DNA from: Octopus bimaculoides
Taxonomy: Eukaryota
Assembly: GCF_001194135.2 (NCBI RefSeq)
Contig: NC_068997.1
Location: forward strand, 21,158,302-21,222,153
Direction: 5' to 3'
DNA: 63,852 bases
A program made the translations under genes and the position numbers. The first letter of the stretch is position 1, and the number at the start of each line of letters is the position of its first letter. Of this stretch, positions 16,619-29,518 are shown one piece after another. The notes under the pieces were generated by a model. The model was not told the DNA's origin, did no database searches, and worked only from the letters and a program-made list of their open reading frames with translations.

Positions 16619-16680
<62 letters not shown>

Positions 16681-16820
16681 CTTTCGTTTTTATGATAGTC
16701 TACTGCAATTATAATACTCTGATAACCAAAATTTCGTGCTCCGAGTTGAGTACCAGGAGTCGGTCCTGCTTTATTCAATACACAAAACGAAAATTAGTAC
16801 CCATAGATCTAATCGATTAT

Positions 16821-17003
16821 GGGAGCTGGCTGAATCGTTAACACGCCGGACAAAATGCTTAGCAGCATTTCGTCCGACTTTACATTCTTAGCACAAATTG
16901 CACCAAAGTCTACTTTGCATTTCATCTTTTCGAGTACCATTTGGACAGTCTAGCACCCTTCCCCAAAATTTCAGGCCTTGTGCCTATACCAGAAAGAATT
17001 ATA
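16821..17003 (+). mobile_element. SINE-B copy with internal deletion (AGAAAG-type tail)
   Basis: GAGCTGGCTGAATCGTTAACACGCCGGACAAAATGCTTAGC head; end AAATTTCAGGCCTTGTGCCTATACCAGAAAGAATT. Confidence 0.85.
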
Positions 17004-17319
17004 AAATATGTATAAATCGATTATAGAATAACATATAGACGCCATTCTAAAAATCTCTTGGTCATTCTAATATTGGTCAGTATTCTTTAGGTAGAATCGT
17101 TAAGCGTCGAATGAAACAACTTAGTCTATGATACTCACTTACTACAACAGTTTACGGTCCTAGTTCTCAAAGTTCAAATTCTACCGTGAGCATCTTTAGA
17201 TTTCATTCTTCCGAGATCGTTAAAAACAAACACCAGTGAAATAACTGGGACGGATTAATTGGTTATACACATCTCACCAAATTTCCGCCTTGTTATTATG
17301 CTGAAGGTGTAGGTCTTTG

Positions 17320-17607
17320 TTTTATAACGTTTCACTCATTGGAATTGAATCATACAAGAGCCACCGCCTCGAAAGGTCTAGTCGAATAAATCGACGCCCA
17401 GTTCTTATTTTTAAGTCTCATACTTGTACAAGCGCTTTCTTTTGCTGAACCGCTAAGTTACGGAACCCAACACCGGTTGTCAAGGGCTGGTAGGGGACAA
17501 ATATAAACACACACACACACATATACGAGAGGATCCCTCATAATTTTCGTCTGCCAAATTCACTCACAGGCCACCGGTCAGCCCCGGGTTTTAATAGGGT
17601 TTATAGT
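17320..17607 (-). mobile_element. Degenerate, 5'-truncated SINE-A copy
   Basis: Reverse complement follows the body and tail of the 40796 copy (GAACCGCTAAGTTACGG, CACCGGTTGTCAAG, CTGCCAAATTCACTCACAGG). Confidence 0.8.
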
Positions 17608-17897
17608 AGAAGGCTCAGTGGTTAGGGCATCGGGCTCACAATTATGAGGTATGGAGTTCGATTCCCAGGCCGGGCTGTGTGATGTGTTCTTGAGCAAGAC
17701 ACTTTATTTCACGTTGCTCCAGTTCACTCAGCTGTAGAAATGAGTTGCGACTTTGCCCTTCAATCAAGACCGACAGAATAAGTACTAGGCTTACAAAGAA
17801 TAAGTCCCAGGGTCGATTTTGCTCGACTAAAGGCGGTGCTCCAGCATGGCCGCAGTCAAATGACTGAAACAAGTAAAAGAGTAAAGAGTAAAAGAGT
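17608..17897 (+). mobile_element. Chimeric SINE: tRNA head and CORE-like segment of the D/E/F type joined to a young SINE-A tail
   Basis: A-box GGCTCAGTGG, B-box GAGTTCGATTCC, TGTTCTTGAGCAAGACACTTTATTTCACGTTGCTCCAG, then from about 17768 a tail nearly identical to 41085-41215 ending in GAGTAAAA repeats. Confidence 0.85.
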
Positions 17898-18265
17898 ATA
17901 TATATATATATATTGTGTGTGTATATATATATATATTGTTTACATATTTGTACATATATATTTCTATATATATTTAATATACTTAACATTAATATTAATA
18001 TAAATATATGTATATACATATATGTGTGTGTGTATATGTATATGTGTATATATAAGCATTCACAAATAGATACATAGACAGATAGGTACACATAAATTTG
18101 ATTTTACCTTTCTCTGATCTCAAAAGTTTCACACTTCACACCTTCCTATCTCTCTACCTAGCTCCACCCTACCTCTCAACCCCTTCCTTCTTTCCTTTCT
18201 CTTCATCTCTATCTCTATCTCACCACTCTTTCTCTTAATCATTACCCACACCCCATCCTTCATCA

Positions 18266-18327
<62 letters not shown>

Positions 18328-18950
18328 TCATTCTGTCACTTACAATCTCTCTCTCTCTCTCTCTGTCCAACTCTTGTTCTCTTTATATCTTTCACACATA
18401 CACATCCTTTCTAGCGTTCTCTCTCTCTCTCTCTATCTGTGTCTATCTCTTACCGTTTTCCCAGATTGCCTATTATAAAGACTATATTGGGTACTTTACT
18501 AAATGAGCAATTAGTTCATCTGTGAGTATATAACTAGCTGGCTTTGAAGACTTTCTGGCCAACACGTGATTCCCTGATTCCTCTTGCTTCATTGCTTTGC
18601 TGATTCAGTTTCATCTCTGCCAGTCATTTGCAGTTCTACCTTTTGGCTTTTCGTTTTTCTTTTCTTTTCCATTTTATTTTATTTTATTTGTGTTTGTATT
18701 TGTATTTGTTTTGTTTCCTTTTGTTTGTTGTTTTGTTTCCTTTTGCACTTAAAAGCTTTTTCTATTTTCTGTCTTCTCTCTCGCAGCAACATTCCTATAT
18801 ATATATATATATATANNNNNNNNNNNNNNNNNNNNNNNNNNNNNNNNNNNNNNNNNNNNNNNNNNNNNNNNNNNNNNNNNNNNNNNNNNNNNNNNNNNNN
18901 NNNNNNNNNNNNNNNNNNNNNNNNNNNNNNNNNNNNNNNTGTATATACAC

Positions 18951-18983
<33 letters not shown>

Positions 18984-19289
18984 CTACACAGGCACACACC
19001 TACAAGTAAATATGTATATACAGAAATGCGTGTGTATATATGAGTGTGAGTGTATGTGGGTGTATGTGGGTATGTTATATTATCAGTGTTTGTTTGATGG
19101 TTGTTTGATTGTTTGATTGATTGTTTGTTTCTTTGGTTGGATGGTTTGATTGGTTGACTGGCAGGTTGGTTGGTTCGTTGGCTGGCTGGTCGGTCTATAT
19201 TGCAATGATTAAACTTTGTATTACACTCATGAGTCCCGTATATGCACACGTTTATACTCAAATATATATATTCCACTACACACACACAC

Positions 19290-19347
<58 letters not shown>

Positions 19348-19567
19348 TCATACATACATACATGTTTACTCATTCATACAGACATTGTGTGTGTGTGTGT
19401 GTTCATATATACATGCGTATAAAGTCGGCTGAGGATCGGAATTGTGAAATTCAGAGTAGCGACTCACACAAGCTCAGATTTGAATAAATATTATTACACT
19501 TTGCCTCACTGTATTACACACTGCTTTGTGTTTGACAATCTCACTATTAAGTTACGTACCAATCCAC

Positions 19568-19624
<57 letters not shown>

Positions 19625-19864
19625 CAGAAGGAGGGATATAGTTTAGACTGACACACACACACGCTTATGTACGTGTAAAATAAATTGGGAAAATGAGAGA
19701 GAGGCAATGTGAAAATCAGACAGTATGCTATCAGAATTCTTAATAGTTGGTACACACAAAACAACGTATTTTGAATAATGCTAATATATTTCAGGTCGTG
19801 GCTCTTGTTAATTCCTCTAATAATCCTGTTATTGGAGTATAACTTCCATGTGTACGTGTATCTT

Positions 19865-20285
19865 AGTTTTACTTACTTAAGCAACTTTTTTCCCCATGGA
19901 GCTAAGATCATCGACCATCGACAACTTTTCTTCACTGTTATCGGCTCATGGTCGTATTTCCTGCTTCTTTCTGTTTGGATACCTACTTTTTCAATTCTGT
20001 TTCAGTATCCGTTCTCAGATATCTTTAGGTCATCCTCTCTTCCTCCTTCCTTGTGGATTATGTTTCCGCGAGAGAATGCCTTCCTCTCGTAGGTCTTGTT
20101 GATTTTGAATTGTCATTCACGCTCCTGAAACTTTGCCCTACGCAAACCAAGGGGTGACCCACATGTGTCTGGCTTCTATCCTTTGATCTGTCTAGCATAA
20201 GGGGCCCTTCCAGTTGATACCTCTCCACTATATAGCTGTCAGAGTCACTGAGGCACGCAAATCATCTGGACTGAACCTTGTGATA
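19865..20285 (-). mobile_element. Internally deleted (bipartite) non-autonomous RTE-clade LINE derivative
   Basis: Minus strand reads HNPQGRRKRG*PKDI*ERILKQ, the decayed RTE C-terminal motif WNPQGxRxRGRPKxTW (recalled); (TAAG)-type tail near 19870; upstream part resembles an RTE 5' UTR. Confidence 0.75.
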
Positions 20286-20446
20286 GATTTTAGCTTTAAA
20301 GAAATGCTTATAATGGATAAGCTTTTTATAACATTAAATTGTTGAGATTATTTATGTATTTAATGCAAAAGAAAGTTAACTCAAATCCAGCGTTTTATCA
20401 CCGCCCTCACGTGTTCGTAAGTTCACCATCATTGATAGAGGATATA

Positions 20447-20755
20447 GACTGGCCCTCTGCCAGTTACGACGACGTGGGTTCCAGTTGATCTAATCAACGG
20501 AACAGCCTACTCGAGAAATTAACGTGCAAATAGCCGAGCACTCCACAGACACGCAAACCCTTAACGTAGGGAGATTCAGCTTGACACAGAATGTGACAAG
20601 GCTGGCTCCTTTGAAATACGGGTACAACTCACCTTTGGACTGGAACAACGTGAAATAAAGTGTCGTTCTCAAAGACATAACGTGGTGCCGGGAATCGAAC
20701 TCACGACCTTACTATCACGAATCGAATATCCCTAACCATTAAGCCACGCGCCTTC
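20447..20755 (-). mobile_element. tRNA/CORE-like SINE with a distinct 3' body (family F)
   Basis: Minus strand head GAAGGCGCGTGGCTTAATGGTTAGGG..GAGTTCGATTCCCGG, CORE-like CACTTTATTTCACGTTGTTCCAGTCC, unique 3' body ending ..GGAACCCACGTCGTCGTAACTGGCAGAGGGCCAGT. Confidence 0.85.
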
Positions 20756-21009
20756 GCAAGAGGATATACACTATAAAGCAGTACATTTCTTTAGTGTGTT
20801 CGATTACACGTTGCAATGACGGCTAAAACACTTATAATAACACTTTTAATCATTGAAAAAAAAATATATACCCTTGAGTACGCTTCGAATATTCCATGTA
20901 TTCCTCTTTTTGTTTACCGATCGTTTATAAGAGAAAGCTGAAAGATTTTGCATTGGATAAATAAAAATTCGCCTTTGTGCCTTTCTTTAATCCCACTTCT
21001 CTATCCCTA

Positions 21010-21052
<43 letters not shown>

Positions 21053-21108
21053 TCAAATCTGATTTTGCTTGAGTAGCAATTGCATTTCCTGATCCTGAGG
21101 CGACTCTC

Positions 21109-21140
<32 letters not shown>

Positions 21141-21277
21141 NNNNNNNNNNNNNNNNNNNNNNNNNNNNNNNNNNNNNNNNNNNNNNNNNNNNNNNNNNNN
21201 NNNNNNNNNNNNNNNNNNNNNNNNNNNNNNNNNNNNNNNNNNNNNNNNNNNNNNNNNNNNNNNNNNNNNNNNNNTCT

Positions 21278-21507
21278 CATGGGTGGTTGCTCAATCTGTT
21301 AGAAATAGCTGTCAAAACTTCTTCAAATTTCTACTGTGTGTTTGACATCTGGAAAGGACACATTGAAATAATGGACGACAGCCTATCATTTCACTGTAAA
21401 TAAATGGGATTGTCACGGCTGGAATGCTTTTGATGATAGGCCTGCTCTTCGTTCCGATTTGATCTGAGTCTAAACAACAACAATAACAACAACAACAACA
21501 ACAACTG
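21278..21507 (+). mobile_element. Family C retroposon with (AAC)n tail
   Basis: GTTAGAAATAGCTGTCAAA..GGATTGTCACGGCTGGAATGCTTTTGATGATAGGCC..CTAAACAACAACAA; related copies elsewhere in the window. Confidence 0.7.
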
Positions 21508-22319
21508 CGTAATCAACAACATTATAATATAATAACAATTAGATCATCAAAAATCAACATTCACAAGGAATGAATGAAGCGACACAGCAACCACAACAAC
21601 AACAAAAACTACGACGAAAATAAACAAAAAACATCAACAACATCAACAAAAACAACCATCAACGTGACAACAACAAGATTGAACTGGTGCCCTGAAATAA
21701 AATTAAGTTGTTTGAAGGGTGCCGCTTGAGGACAGCAAATGTCTTTAACCATCAATGAGATCCTCGAGACAGCAAACACACTCTTTCTCTCTTCATTTGA
21801 CACATGTCTCTCTGCCTGCTTAAGATGGCGTCTTTTCTCTTTCCTCAAACCTTGCATCCCTCGTCGTCATTCGTCGTTTCTTCTTATTTCCCCCTCTCTC
21901 GGTGTCTTTCTTACTCCATATCTCTTTCTCTGCCTGGTTAGGATGGCGGTTTTTTTTTTCCCCTTTCCTCAGCCACGTATCCCCACCGTCAGTTCTTCTT
22001 TCGCCTTCCTCCGCCCACCCCCCAATATTTCTCTCTCTCCTTCTCCCTCGTTCTTTATCTCTCTTTCACTCTCCATTTATCTCTCTCCGTCTGTGTCCAT
22101 ATCTGCCTGTCCCGCTGACGCTCTTCTCTGGGTCTACAGATATTTAATATCAATTTTAGCTTCTGAATTTGTCGTTCTTTTAGGTTCAATTTAGTCTTCC
22201 CACCGCCGCCGCCGCCGCTGCTGCTTTCCGATAGCTGGTCGACGCAAGTAGCAGCATCTCCACATCTTCTTTCCCCATCCCTCTCTACCTTTTACACTTT
22301 CTTACCACCACGGTTACAT

Positions 22320-23260
22320 GTACCACCACTACCACTACTACCACTATGACTATCATCACGAGTGTCACTGGCATCAACCGAGACACAAATATCGTTACCA
22401 GAAAGACCAATACCTCCATACCATCGCAAGTACCACAGACACAGGCACCAGCATACGTGTTACCACCACCACTACTACTACCACCACCACTATCACCACC
22501 ACCACCACTACTACAACCAATACAGAACTCCCACCACCACCACCACCGCTACAACCAATACAGAACTCCCCCCACCACTACTACTACTATTGTTACTGCT
22601 ACTGTTGTTAATGCTGCTGCTGCTACTACTACCACTACTACATCTACTGCTACTCGTAATAATACTAATATTGCTACGACTAATTCCATCGGATTTTGCT
22701 ACCATGACTATAATCAGTACCAAAACCACTACTACCACCACCCCCTAAACCACCATCACCACCACCACCACCACCACCAGCATCAGTTTCATCTCTCACC
22801 ACTTTCACCACTATCACCATCACCACAACCACCACAACCACCACAACCACAACCACAACCATCACCACCACCNNNNNNNNNNNNNNNNNNNNNNNNNNNN
22901 NNNNNNNNNNNNNNNNNNNNNNNNNNNNNNNNNNNNNNNNNCCACCACCACCGCTACAACCAATACAGAACTCCCCCCACCACTACTACTACTATTGTTA
23001 CTGCTACTGTTGTTAATGCTGCTGCTGCTACTACTACCACTACTACATCTACTGCTACTCGTAATAATACTAATATTGCTACGACTAATTCCATCGGATT
23101 TTGCTACCATGACTATAATCAGTACCAAAACCACTACTACCACCCCCCCTAAACCACCATCACCACCACCACCACCACCACCAACACACCAAACATATCG
23201 CAAAACATCTTTATCGAGAAAACAAACATTAACAACAGCAACAACAACAACAACAACCGG
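22320..23260. repeat. ACC/ACT trinucleotide mosaic containing a ~220-bp block duplicated on both sides of an N gap
   Basis: About 22533-22770 is repeated at about 22942-23180 with a small difference in a C-run. Confidence 0.9.
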
Positions 23261-24039
23261 AGCAAAAACACTCGTAATTAATTGTTAATTCAATTTTTAT
23301 TATTTTATACAAAATTGCTTCCTTGTGCTCGTGTATGTCAATGTGTGCCGCTGTATGTGTCACTGTGTGTGTGTGTGTGTGTGGAGGGGTTATGTTTGAG
23401 CATGTTTGTGGGGTTTATGTGTGTATGTTCCTGTATTTGTCTGAATGTCTGTATACACATATGTATGCAATAAGAATGTGTATGAACATATACATATACA
23501 TACGTGTGTGTGTGTGTGTGTTTGTATGCGTTTGCGCTTGTGCACGTGCACGCGCGTGTACGTATGGATTATGTGTTTATGTATGTACGTGTTTTAAATG
23601 GGTTTCTTGACAAATCTGTAGGTTTATGTTTGTATGTGTATGTGTGTGCGTGTATATGTATTTCTATATCTATGTACAAATATTTGTATGTAATAATATA
23701 CATATATATATATAATATATTATATATTATATATATTTACATAAACACGTGCTCATACGCGCGCGCACACAATCATAATACAATGACAAAGAACACTTTA
23801 AACTTTCCACATTTTATTCAGTTATTCCTTGTTTATTTACATTTTTGCCAAAATTTTCCTTTATTTATCTATTATTTTCTTCACACGCACACACACTTTA
23901 CACGCGTGTTTATACACACACACATACACACACACACACATATATATATGTATATATGTATGTATATTCTTTGTTGTCATCTATTTACTCCTTTCAATCT
24001 CCCCCCCATTTCACACTTTCTCTTCTTTTTCTTCTTCTT

Positions 24040-25260
24040 CTGCAACATCACCACCACCATCATCATCATCATCATCATCGTCATCATCATCGTCATCGTC
24101 GTCATCATCATCATCATCATCATCATCGTCGTCGTCGTCGNNNNNNNNNNCGTCATCGTCGTCATCATCATCATCATCATCATCATCGTCGTCGTCGTCG
24201 TCGTCGTCATCATCATCATCATCATCGTCATCATCATCATCGTCTTCTCTAGCCCCCCCTCCTCATCCTTCTAATTACTACTTCTTCATCTTCTACTTCT
24301 TCCTCTACTTTAACTCTCTCAACCTAAGCTGATGTTTTTATTGAAAAGCCAACTACGATATTTAAATGTTGCTAACCAAACATCAAACATCTACTTTTAC
24401 AAGAGATACAGGCGGCGGCGGCGGCGGTGGGGAGAAGGAGGGGGAGGAGAAGAAGGATGATGAAGATAAGGAGAAAGGGAGAGAGGGAGGGGGGAATATC
24501 TGAGATATTTTGCAAGAATTGGTGGTGGTAGTAGTGGTGGTGATAGTCGTGTTTGGGGTGGTGATTTGACTAGGGTGTAATTTTTGTTTAATTATTTGTC
24601 ATTATTTTCTAAAACTATATTTATCGACAATCTGTTCTGTTCTCAGATGTGTCTTTAAGCATTGGTGACATGGAATGAAAAGGGTACAGAATATGGTTTA
24701 GATTGCAGTTCTTTTACCATCATCATCATCATCATCATCACCAACGTCATCACCAACGTCATCACCAACGTCATCACCAACGCCATCGTTGTCATCGTTA
24801 TAGTAGTCATCATTGTCGTCGAGGTCGTCTTTATCATCATCACCATCGTCGTCATAATTGTTGTCATAGTAACCACCGTCATCGTCCCCGACTATCAACT
24901 CTACCATCACCATTATCACAAACACCATCAGCATCACCATCGTTGTGGTAGTGGCCCTCGTTTTTCTCGCCCTCCCCCTCCTTCTCATCATCGTCTTCAT
25001 CATCATCATCATCGTAATCATCATCATCATTATAATTACCATTACCACCACCTCTATCATCATTACCAACGTCGTATAGTCGACTTCGTCCTCCGCCTCA
25101 TCATCATCATCATCATCATCATCATCACAACCACTACTACCATCCCAACACCACCATCACCATTATCATCGTTGTCGTTCTCCTTCTCCTCGATTCCCTC
25201 CTCACCACCGTCATCATCATAATCATCATCATCATTATCGACATCATCATCACTAAAGGC
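24040..25260. repeat. ATC/GTC/ACC mosaic incl. 12-bp unit CACCAACGTCAT (about 4 units near 24735-24790)
   Basis: Directly visible. Confidence 0.85.
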
Positions 25261-25327
25261 AGCAACAGTAGTATTGTCTTCACGATTATCTTGGTCGATG
25301 TCTTCTTTTGGCTTCCAATGGCCCAGT
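25063..25327 (-). CDS. Candidate terminal exon encoding an acidic low-complexity segment (unverified)
   Basis: Acceptor TTGTTTGTTGTTTGACTCATTCCAG precedes 25327; open frame LGHWKPKEDIDQDNREDN..DDDD to a stop at 25063. No recognisable homology. Confidence 0.2.
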
Positions 25328-25938
25328 CTGGAATGAGTCAAACAACAAACAACCAATTTCACCGAGGTTTTTCGTTTCCGTCTGTCAGAATGAATATCTC
25401 TAACTAACGACCAAATACATTTAAATACTGTTTCTCAAACAAGCAGACTGCATCATGTGGCTTTTATTGTTCCATCATATATAAATACACTTTGTATTAT
25501 GGACCTTTCTAAGTTTGCTTAGAAAAACACTTTATGTTAGTTTCATAGGCAACAAAATTGCAATATAATTCCTGTTATCGTTATTGATTAGACTCAAGTC
25601 AATGCTGACAACAGAACAAACGCATGATCAATGACACTCTAATTGTGCCCAACCTGTCCTTTTTAAGTCGATATATACTTGGGTCTTCTTCTCTACATAT
25701 TTTATATAAGGAGAATTTCTCTTCCGAGATAGTTACCGCAGCGAATGTCTTTACGCGTTTGAGCGTACATAAACGTTTTAGATACAAAATGTCTATAACT
25801 TCTTAATAATTACTGCTTTGTGTAGCCTTTAATTAACTAGATCTTGCCTGTGATTTTTACTGTAATCAAGTAAATATGGCAAAAAATTATCTGAAATAGT
25901 CTGAAGACTGAAAAACTGGTGCTGCCATCAGAGCTCAC

Positions 25939-26191
25939 CCACCATTAACATAACCACTAACAACCGCTGTGTATAATCTCCAAGAAAACCTCGCCTGGAA
26001 TATGTCTTGCCGTATGCTCTGCAAAGATGGCGTAGCTCTGTTCGATAATCCTCGAAGGTTGTTGGGTCGCTATATAGTCTTGAAGCCGTATACGAAAGAA
26101 AACGGCTTAATAAAGGCTCCCGAAGCTTCGGGTTTATAAATGCAAAGATGATCAGTTCCAAATCTAACCTGCCTTCTCTTACTCCATTCAT
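25939..26191 (-). CDS. Candidate coding exon in unique, GC-richer sequence (unverified)
   Basis: 87-aa non-repetitive ORF (MNGVREG..LMV) with a GTGAG donor after 25939; internal acceptor CATCTTTGCAG before 26018 gives an alternative 80-nt exon. No recognisable homology. Confidence 0.3.
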
Positions 26192-26399
26192 TTTTATTCA
26201 AGGCGACTTCACTCGTAGAGGTGTGCAATGAAATCTTGGAAAATTATGAAGATTACTCAGAACTGTGTTATGTGGAGCAAAATTATGTTGTAAAGTGTTG
26301 TTTCTTCAATAAAATGGACATTTTGCTCATTTTCCTGATAGTTATGAATGTATCTGTGTATGTACGATGTGTGTATAATATCCAATATTTACAACATAC

Positions 26400-26670
<271 letters not shown>

Positions 26671-28248
26671 AGAAATAGAATTTATATCTTTCCATATATC
26701 AATAAATACATTTAACATATGCATATAGATATATATTGTTGATCGCTACTTATCAAGATGCTGTTGTTTTGTTTAATCACGCGTTAATCTTGATGCAGCA
26801 GAAACGTGATTAACGATATTCCAACCGTGACTAACTAATTTTATGTTTCTTTAGTTTTTTCTTTGTATGGAATGATTCTTATATTTAACTGCTATTTCTA
26901 GCAAATAAAGCGAAAAATTACCCTCGTCATCGTAGTGTTATGTTAGCGCTATATTTGTTTAGACCTGACTGACCAAAATTTGAACACACTGACTAATCAA
27001 AAGTATTCTATGCTCATTTCGTCGTTTTCTATGCTTCCTACCTCCCAATTTTTTCAAACGCTGATTTGTGAAGGATGCTGCTGCTGCTTCTAGCAGATCG
27101 AATAGCCAGCTAAGGGCTCCCTCCCTTTATTTGTTTAGTTACATAGCTAGGTGACAGGTATACTAATAGAGAAAAAAGGAAAACTAAAGTAATTGATATT
27201 TACAGAGATATTATTTGCACATCAAAAAAAAAGAAGAAAACATGTCATCCATCACTCGAATTAGGATGGCGATAAAGGAGCAGTTTTACTTCCGTGGATG
27301 AATTCCTTAAGCTAATGCAAGAATATATTCGAATGTTCCTAGGTNNNNNNNNNNNNNNNNNNNNNNNNNNNNNNNNNNNNNNNNNNNNNNNNNNNNNNNN
27401 NNNNNNNNNNNNNNNNNNNNNNNNNNNNNNNNNNNNNNNNNNNNNNNNNNNNNNNNNNNNNNNNNNNNNNNNNNNNNNNNNNNNNNNNNNNNNNNNNNNN
27501 NNNNNNNNNNNNNNNNNNNNNNNNNNNNNNNNNNNNNNNNNNNNNNNNNNNNNNNNNNNNNNNNNNNNNNNNNNNNNNNNNNNNNNNNNNNNNNNNNNNN
27601 NNNNNNNNNNNNNNNNNNNNNNNNNNNNNNNNNNNNNNNNNNNNNNNNNNNNNNNNNNNNNNNNNNNNNNNNNNNNNNNNNNNNNNNNNNNNNNNNNNNN
27701 NNNNNNNNNNNNNNNNNNNNNNNNNNNNNNNNNNNNNNNNNNNNNNNNNNNNNNNNNNNNNNNNNNNNNNNNNNNNNNNNNNNNNNNNNNNNNNNNNNNN
27801 NNNNNNNNNNNNNNNNNNNNNNNNNNNNNNNNNNNNNNNNNNNNNNNNNNNNNNNNNNNNNNNNNNNNNNNNNNNNNNNNNNNNNNNNNNNNNNNNNNNN
27901 NNNNNNNNNNNNNNNNNNNNNNNNNNNNNNNNNNNNNNNNNNNNNNNNNNNNNNNNNNNNNNNNNNNNNNNNNNNNNNNNNNNNNNNNNNNNNNNNNNNN
28001 NNNNNNNNNNNNNNNNNNNNNNNNNNNNNNNNNNNNNNNNNNNNNNNNNNNNNNNNNNNNNNNNNNNNNNNNNNNNNNNNNNNNNNNNNNNNNNNNNNNN
28101 NNNNNNNNNNNNNNNNNNNNNNNNNNNNNNNNNNNNNNNNNNNNNNNNNNNNNNNNNNNNNNNNNNNNNNNNNNNNNNNNNNNNNNNNNNNNNNNNNNNN
28201 NNNNNNNNNNNNNNNNNNNNNNNNNNNNNNNNNNNNNNNNNNNNNNNN

Positions 28249-28301
<53 letters not shown>

Positions 28302-28366
28302 CAAGTCCTTATTAAAGACTTTATAAAGGTTTATCATCTACGAGATCATGTAGAAACAGCCTTAAA

Positions 28367-28510
28367 GGCGGTGAACTGGCAGTGTCGGTAAAGGTTTGAG
28401 CAAAATGCTTCATAGTCAGTGTTTCTACTGTCTTGCTCCCTGAGTTCAAATCTCTACGAGATCATCTTTGCTTTCCTTCGTATTTGGAGGAATACGAAAC
28501 CATGCCGATG
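28367..28510 (+). mobile_element. Degenerate SINE-B fragment
   Basis: AAGGCGGTGAACTGGCAG head and CTGAGTTCAAATC B-box. Confidence 0.65.
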
Positions 28511-29479
28511 GATTATCTGGAACAGATGGTGGTGATATATTGTGGAATAATTAAAATAAGGTGAAAGCAAGCACGTTTAAGGATGATATATATTTAAGTA
28601 GATATATATATATAGAGAGATAGATAGATACACGCACACGCACACGCATATATATATANNNNNNNNNNNNNNNNNNNNNNNNNNNNNNNNNNNNNNNNNN
28701 NNNNNNNNNNNNNNNNNNNNNNNNNNNNNNNNNNNNNNNNNNNNNNNNNNNNNNNNNNNNNNNNNNNNNNNNNNNNNNNNNNNNNNNNNNNNNNNNNNNN
28801 NNNNNNNNNNNNNNNNNNNNNNNNNNNNNNNNNNNNNNNNNNNNNNNNNNNNNNNNNNNNNNNNNNNNNNNNNNNNNNNNNNNNNNNNNNNNNNNNNNNN
28901 NNNNNNNNNNNNNNNNNNNNNNNNNNNNNNNNNNNNNNNNNNNNNNNNNNNNNNNNNNNNNNNNNNNNNNNNNNNNNNNNNNNNNNNNNNNNNNNNNNNN
29001 NNNNNNNNNNNNNNNNNNNNNNNNNNNNNNNNNNNNNNNNNNNNNNNNNNNNNNNNNNNNNNNNNNNNNNNNNNNNNNNNNNNNNNNNNNNNNNNNNNNN
29101 NNNNNNNNNNNNNNNNNNNNNNNNNNNNNNNNNNNNNNNNNNNNNNNNNNNNNNNNNNNNNNNNNNNNNNNNNNNNNNNNNNNNNNNNNNNNNNNNNNNN
29201 NNNNNNNNNNNNNNNNNNNNNNNNNNNNNNNNNNNNNNNNNNNNNNNNNNNNNNNNNNNNNNNNNNNNNNNNNNNNNNNNNNNNNNNNNNNNNNNNNNNN
29301 NNNNNNNNNNNNNNNNNNNNNNNNNNNNNNNNNNNNNNNNNNNNNNNNNNNNNNNNNNNNNNNNNNNNNNNNNNNNNNNNNNNNNNNNNNNNNNNNNNNN
29401 NNNNNNNNNNNNNNNNNNNNNNNNNNNNNNNNNNNNNNNNNNNNNNNNNNNNNNNNNNNNNNNNNNNNNNNNNNNNNNN

Positions 29480-29518
<39 letters not shown>

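Noticed and set aside
24100-24200. Sequence repeated on both sides of a 10-N gap (similar at 36044)
   Set aside because: Typical overlap artefact of scaffolding through a microsatellite.
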